Source: an uncultured Oscillospiraceae bacterium (GTDB lineage: Bacteria > Bacillota > Clostridia > Oscillospirales > Oscillospiraceae). From it: a DNA stretch of 60,081 nucleotides. The stretch lies in NCBI GenBank assembly GCA_964408545.1, contig CAYOZT010000001.1, positions 1-60,081 of the forward strand, given 5' to 3'. Of this stretch, positions 56,397 to 60,081 are shown piece by piece (the stretch's first letter is position 1; every line of letters begins with the position of its first letter). A program made the position numbers and the translations under genes. Under the pieces are notes generated by a model. That model was given only the letters and a program-made list of their open reading frames with translations, was not told the DNA's origin and ran no database searches.

Positions 56397-59300
56397 ATGC
56401 AAAAGACAGAATTTACAAAACGATTTCTGGCGATATTGCTGTGTTTGGTGATGATTTTTTCCACCGTCCCCACTACGGCATTCGCGGCAGAAATCACAGA
56501 AAACAGCACCACTCAGGAGGAAAACGTGGCTCCGTCGGCAAAAACGATTGAAGTTTCTCCCGAGCATCAGCTTTCCGAACTATATTTCAAGAACAGCTTT
56601 ACACAGGAAAGCAGTTTCTATGAAATGCAGCCTGCGTTTGACTCTGAGATCAAGGAACACAACGTTATTATCCCTGATACAGTAAACCCTTCGCAAAACT
56701 TTGCAATTTGGGCAACCCTTTCCGAAACAGCATCCGGCGACATTACTGTTCAATATGTAAAGCACGATGGAAAGCAGGCTCCTGAATATCCGATTACATC
56801 CGGGGATGAGTATGGAACTTCGCTTTCCAAGCCTTTCAAGCAGAATAGCCTGATCGGAAACAGTCTTACATTTAGGGTTGGCGGTGAAGAAGCATATATT
56901 GTCAACATCATCCGTAAGGCAACGCTGAAAGGACTAACGCTTAGCGATCAAACAGGAGCAGCAATAGAATTATCTTCGACCTTTGACGGAAGCATATACT
57001 CCTATTCTGCGGAAATTCCGTCAGATGCAGTTTTGTCAATAACCGCGACAGCTACCGCAAGCGAGGCAAATGTTTCTGTTAATGGTAGTATACTGGAAGA
57101 GAATTCTATAACAGTAACTCCGGAATGGTCTGCTGACAAAACTGCTACGATTACAATTACTGTAGCCGGCGGTACAGCGCAAAGTAGCACTTATACTATC
57201 GAGTTGACGCAGAAAGGCGCAGCGATTGATCGAATTGAAATTGTGACACCTCCTATCAAAACGATATATCAAGCAGGAGAAGAATTTGATATTACCGGTC
57301 TTTCGGTCAAAGCTGTCTATATTGACGGTAGCTCCCGCATAATAGACAACAGCAAGCTCTCCTTCGTTCCCGATACGCCTTTGGCTGCCGGTACTAATAA
57401 GATAGAAATCAGCTATAAAGGAGTAAAAACATACCAGCCTATTACCGTTCTGAGTAATCTTGTTGGTTCGGGAACAAGTAGCGATCCGTATCTGATTTCT
57501 TCTGTGGAAGATATGGTTTCGATTCGGACGCAGGTAAGTCAAGGCAATAATTTCAAGGGGTGTTACTTTGAAATTACCGCAAATTTAGTTTTTCCGGCGG
57601 ATTGGATTCCCATAGGATGCCTCAAAGCCGGAGCATTGAGCACAGAGAACGGCGTAAATATATTGCCGTTTTCCGGATCCATTGACGGAAAAGGGCATAC
57701 ATTGACTTTTGCAAGCGGAAGTAAGCCTTTATTCAACTATGTTAGAGAAGCTAGCGTTAGTAACTTTAATATTGTGGCTCCCTTTATGGATGGCTATGCT
57801 CTAGTCGATAAGTATACAGTTGATTACGGTGAAGACGGTAACTATGCTGAAGGCACCGGTGGCAGTTATCAAGAAGGATGCCCAGATACAATCACCATTA
57901 GCAATGTGACTATTAAGAGTGGCTCTATCATCAAAAACGGTGGCTTTATCGGCGGATTTGCATCAGGTGGTAACACCGTAACAGTGGTAGATTGTCTTGT
58001 TGAAAAAAATGTAAAAATCGGATGTAATGCAGATGGCACTTCGGCAGACAATTCTTGCGTCGGTTCTTTTGGCGGAATGGTAAGCGGTGTATTCCGCAAC
58101 TGTGTTAGCTATGCAGATGTTTACGGATCAAAATATGTCGGAGGCATAGCCGGATACAAAGGCCAAAGCATGGGCTTGTTCAACATCATTGGATGCGAGT
58201 TCCACGGAAATGTGATTGCATCCGGTAGCTACGCAGGAGGCATTGTTGGCGCAGGATATTCTGCTTCTTCTGCGCCCAATACCATGTGCGTGACTATCGA
58301 GGCTTGTAAATGCGATGGTACTGTTACAGGAGCAGACTATGTTGGTGGCATTCTGGGTGCTGAAAGCGCAATCCAATGTTGGTCTAATGGTATTGGTATT
58401 ATTCGAAACAATTCCTTTACCGGTACGATCCATTCTTCCGGTGAAAACGTTGGTGGCGTGATTGGATACATGGCATCCTTGAATCGTTATACCATCGTTG
58501 AGAATAACTTTTATTCCTGCACACCTAATAATGTCGAAGGTGTTGGAAAAATCAAATATATTGACACAAGTTGCACAACACGTGAAACAGCAAGTGATAC
58601 GACATATTTTGATACCTCTAAGGAACTTCCCAACATATCCGGCGTTGCATTAAAGAGTCATAATCGTGAAGATGATCCATTAGGCGCCGACAAAACAAAA
58701 CTATTCTATACAGGTGAAATTGCAGAAAAATACGTAACAGAGCTTTTAATTTCCGGAAACTACAAGACGGAATACTATGTGGGAGATTCCTTTGATACAG
58801 ACGGCATACAATTCGAGGCCAGATGGAGCAATGGCGAAATCACATATCCGAGCTTAACAGAGATTGCATTTTTCGGTTTTAATAGTTTAGATGTTGGAAC
58901 AAATGGTATAACCGCAAAATACGAAAATACATCTTGCATTTTTACGATTAGTGTTATGCCAAAATCCGGCAAGATCACCGTGAATATCACCATCCTTGGC
59001 GACAGCAAGCACGGTGAAACCGATGATCCTCACGGCCTTGCCATGGGCGGCCTGAGCGAATGGGCATATGAGTTGGATTTTGAGGCCAATGCCAACGAAA
59101 CCGTTTGGGACGTGCTTCAGAGAGTGTTCGAAAAGTACAACATGTATGTTGACGCCAACGACGATAACGCCTATGGCACCATTTATATCAAATCGATCAA
59201 CGGTCTGCGTGAGAAAGACAACGGTGAGGGCTCCGGTTGGATGTACACCGTTAATGGCGTGTACCCCAATGTGGGCGTTGCCGCGACCTTCGTCAAGGAG

Positions 59301-60081
59301 GGCGACGAGATCATCCTGCACTATACCGATGACTACACCAAAGAAGACGGCAGTATGTCTCCCGATTACGACGCAACTGCCAAGGCAGTAGATGAACTGA
59401 TCGAGAATATCGGCACCATTTCCTACACCGATGCTTGCAAGGAGCGGATCGACGCTGCCCGCAAGGCATACGACGCGCTCTCCGCCTCCGACAAAAAGAA
59501 AGTGACCAAGCTCTCCGTTCTGGAGACTGCGGAAAAAGACTATGCCAATTTGAAGCAGGCGCAGGACAACCTCGACAAGGCTGTTGACGACCTCAACAAG
59601 GCCATCACCGACGGCGACGCGGCGCTCGACAAGAAGATCGCCGACTTGACCGCCGCCCTCGAAAATGCAAAGAAAGCATTCGAAGCGACCGATGCCGCCG
59701 ACAAGGCCGACCTCGAAGCTAAGATCGCTACTGCGCAGACCACGCTGCAGGGCGCGATCGACAAGGTCGCAAGCGATCTGGAAGCCGCGAAGACGGAGCT
59801 GAGCAAGGCCATCACCGATGGCGACGCGGCGCTCGACCAGAAGATCGCGGACTTGACCGCCGCCCTCGAAAATGCAAAGAAAGCACTCGAAGCAACCGAC
59901 GCCGCCGACAAGGCCGACCTCGAAGCTAAGATCGCTACTGCGCAGACCGCGCTGCAGAGCGCGATCGACAAGGTCGCAAGCGATCTGGAAGCCGCGAAGA
60001 CGGAGCTGAGCAAGGCCATCACCGATGGCGACGCGGCGCTCGACCAGAAGATCGCGGACTTGACCGCCGCCCTCGAAAATG
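56397..60081 (+). CDS. Large secreted multidomain surface protein with DUF4430 (3'-partial, >1228 aa; absent from the ORF track because it has no stop in the window)
   Basis: Signal peptide MQKTEFTKRFLAILLCLVMIFSTVPTTAFA; cadherin-like beta-sandwich; two Big_3-like domains (PIKTIYQAGEEFDITGL; YKTEYYVGDSFDTDGI); GSGTSSDPYLI and GLUG-like VGGIAG repeats; DUF4430 (SINGLREKDNGEGSGWMYTVNG...ILHYTDDY, ~58971-59350); helical repeats; frame consistent at all points checked from 56397 to the window end. Confidence 0.88.
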   Translation, partial: MQKTEFTKRFLAILLCLVMIFSTVPTTAFAAEITENSTTQEENVAPSAKTIEVSPEHQLSELYFKNSFTQESSFYEMQPAFDSEIKEHNVIIPDTVNPSQNFAIWATLSETASGDITVQYVKHDGKQAPEYPITSGDEYGTSLSKPFKQNSLIGNSLTFRVGGEEAYIVNIIRKATLKGLTLSDQTGAAIELSSTFDGSIYSYSAEIPSDAVLSITATATASEANVSVNGSILEENSITVTPEWSADKTATITITVAGGTAQSSTYTIELTQKGAAIDRIEIVTPPIKTIYQAGEEFDITGLSVKAVYIDGSSRIIDNSKLSFVPDTPLAAGTNKIEISYKGVKTYQPITVLSNLVGSGTSSDPYLISSVEDMVSIRTQVSQGNNFKGCYFEITANLVFPADWIPIGCLKAGALSTENGVNILPFSGSIDGKGHTLTFASGSKPLFNYVREASVSNFNIVAPFMDGYALVDKYTVDYGEDGNYAEGTGGSYQEGCPDTITISNVTIKSGSIIKNGGFIGGFASGGNTVTVVDCLVEKNVKIGCNADGTSADNSCVGSFGGMVSGVFRNCVSYADVYGSKYVGGIAGYKGQSMGLFNIIGCEFHGNVIASGSYAGGIVGAGYSASSAPNTMCVTIEACKCDGTVTGADYVGGILGAESAIQCWSNGIGIIRNNSFTGTIHSSGENVGGVIGYMASLNRYTIVENNFYSCTPNNVEGVGKIKYIDTSCTTRETASDTTYFDTSKELPNISGVALKSHNREDDPLGADKTKLFYTGEIAEKYVTELLISGNYKTEYYVGDSFDTDGIQFEARWSNGEITYPSLTEIAFFGFNSLDVGTNGITAKYENTSCIFTISVMPKSGKITVNITILGDSKHGETDDPHGLAMGGLSEWAYELDFEANANETVWDVLQRVFEKYNMYVDANDDNAYGTIYIKSINGLREKDNGEGSGWMYTVNGVYPNVGVAATFVKEGDEIILHYTDDYTKEDGSMSPDYDATAKAVDELIENIGTISYTDACKERIDAARKAYDALSASDKKKVTKLSVLETAEKDYANLKQAQDNLDKAVDDLNKAITDGDAALDKKIADLTAALENAKKAFEATDAADKADLEAKIATAQTTLQGAIDKVASDLEAAKTELSKAITDGDAALDQKIADLTAALENAKKALEATDAADKADLEAKIATAQTALQSAIDKVASDLEAAKTELSKAITDGDAALDQKIADLTAALEN
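59597..60081 (+). repeat. 207-bp (69-aa) intragenic tandem repeat, at least 2.3 copies
   Basis: CAAGGCCATCACCGA recurs at 59597, 59804 and 60011; near-identical units. Confidence 0.95.

Noticed and set aside
1-60081. Defence systems, reverse transcriptases, integrases, prophage, rRNA or tRNA genes
   Set aside because: No such motifs were recognised in any frame; only remnants near 55.3-55.8 kb

Overview
GC-rich chromosome segment of a spore-forming gut Clostridia bacterium (Oscillospiraceae-like by gene content; inference). In order: cotJA/B-cotJC; a minus-strand shikimate operon (aroF-aroB-aroA-aroC-CM/degenerate PDT-aroE/K-aroQ) headed by a membrane Ser/Thr kinase-like gene; Zn-ribbon/Ig membrane protein; degV; hxlR/copA; agcS-aminotransferase-cysS-polA-rimI-tsaD-GNAT; a lone type IV pilin; a REP-like hairpin cluster; znuACB-trmO; spoIIAA-AB-sigF; pcrA-yunB-ligA; a compact 12-gene ethanolamine microcompartment operon; ruvCAB; L20 leader-infC-rpmI-rplT; preQ1 riboswitch-queT; a secondary alcohol dehydrogenase; a mobile-element scar with a tnpV remnant; and a cobalamin riboswitch controlling a >1200-aa DUF4430 surface protein that runs off the window end. 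The best candidate for an undescribed system is the pilin locus: a (TA)8 tract between a perfect TTGACA and TATAAT gives a 15-bp spacer (one more TA would give 17 bp, a probable phase-variation switch), the pilin has an AT-rich 3' half, and a cluster of heterogeneous REP-like palindromes follows. Second is the accessory 3' end: five abutting hairpins, then a B12 riboswitch, then a mosaic surface protein. All calls come from motif recognition by eye; no searches were run and GC statements are visual estimates.
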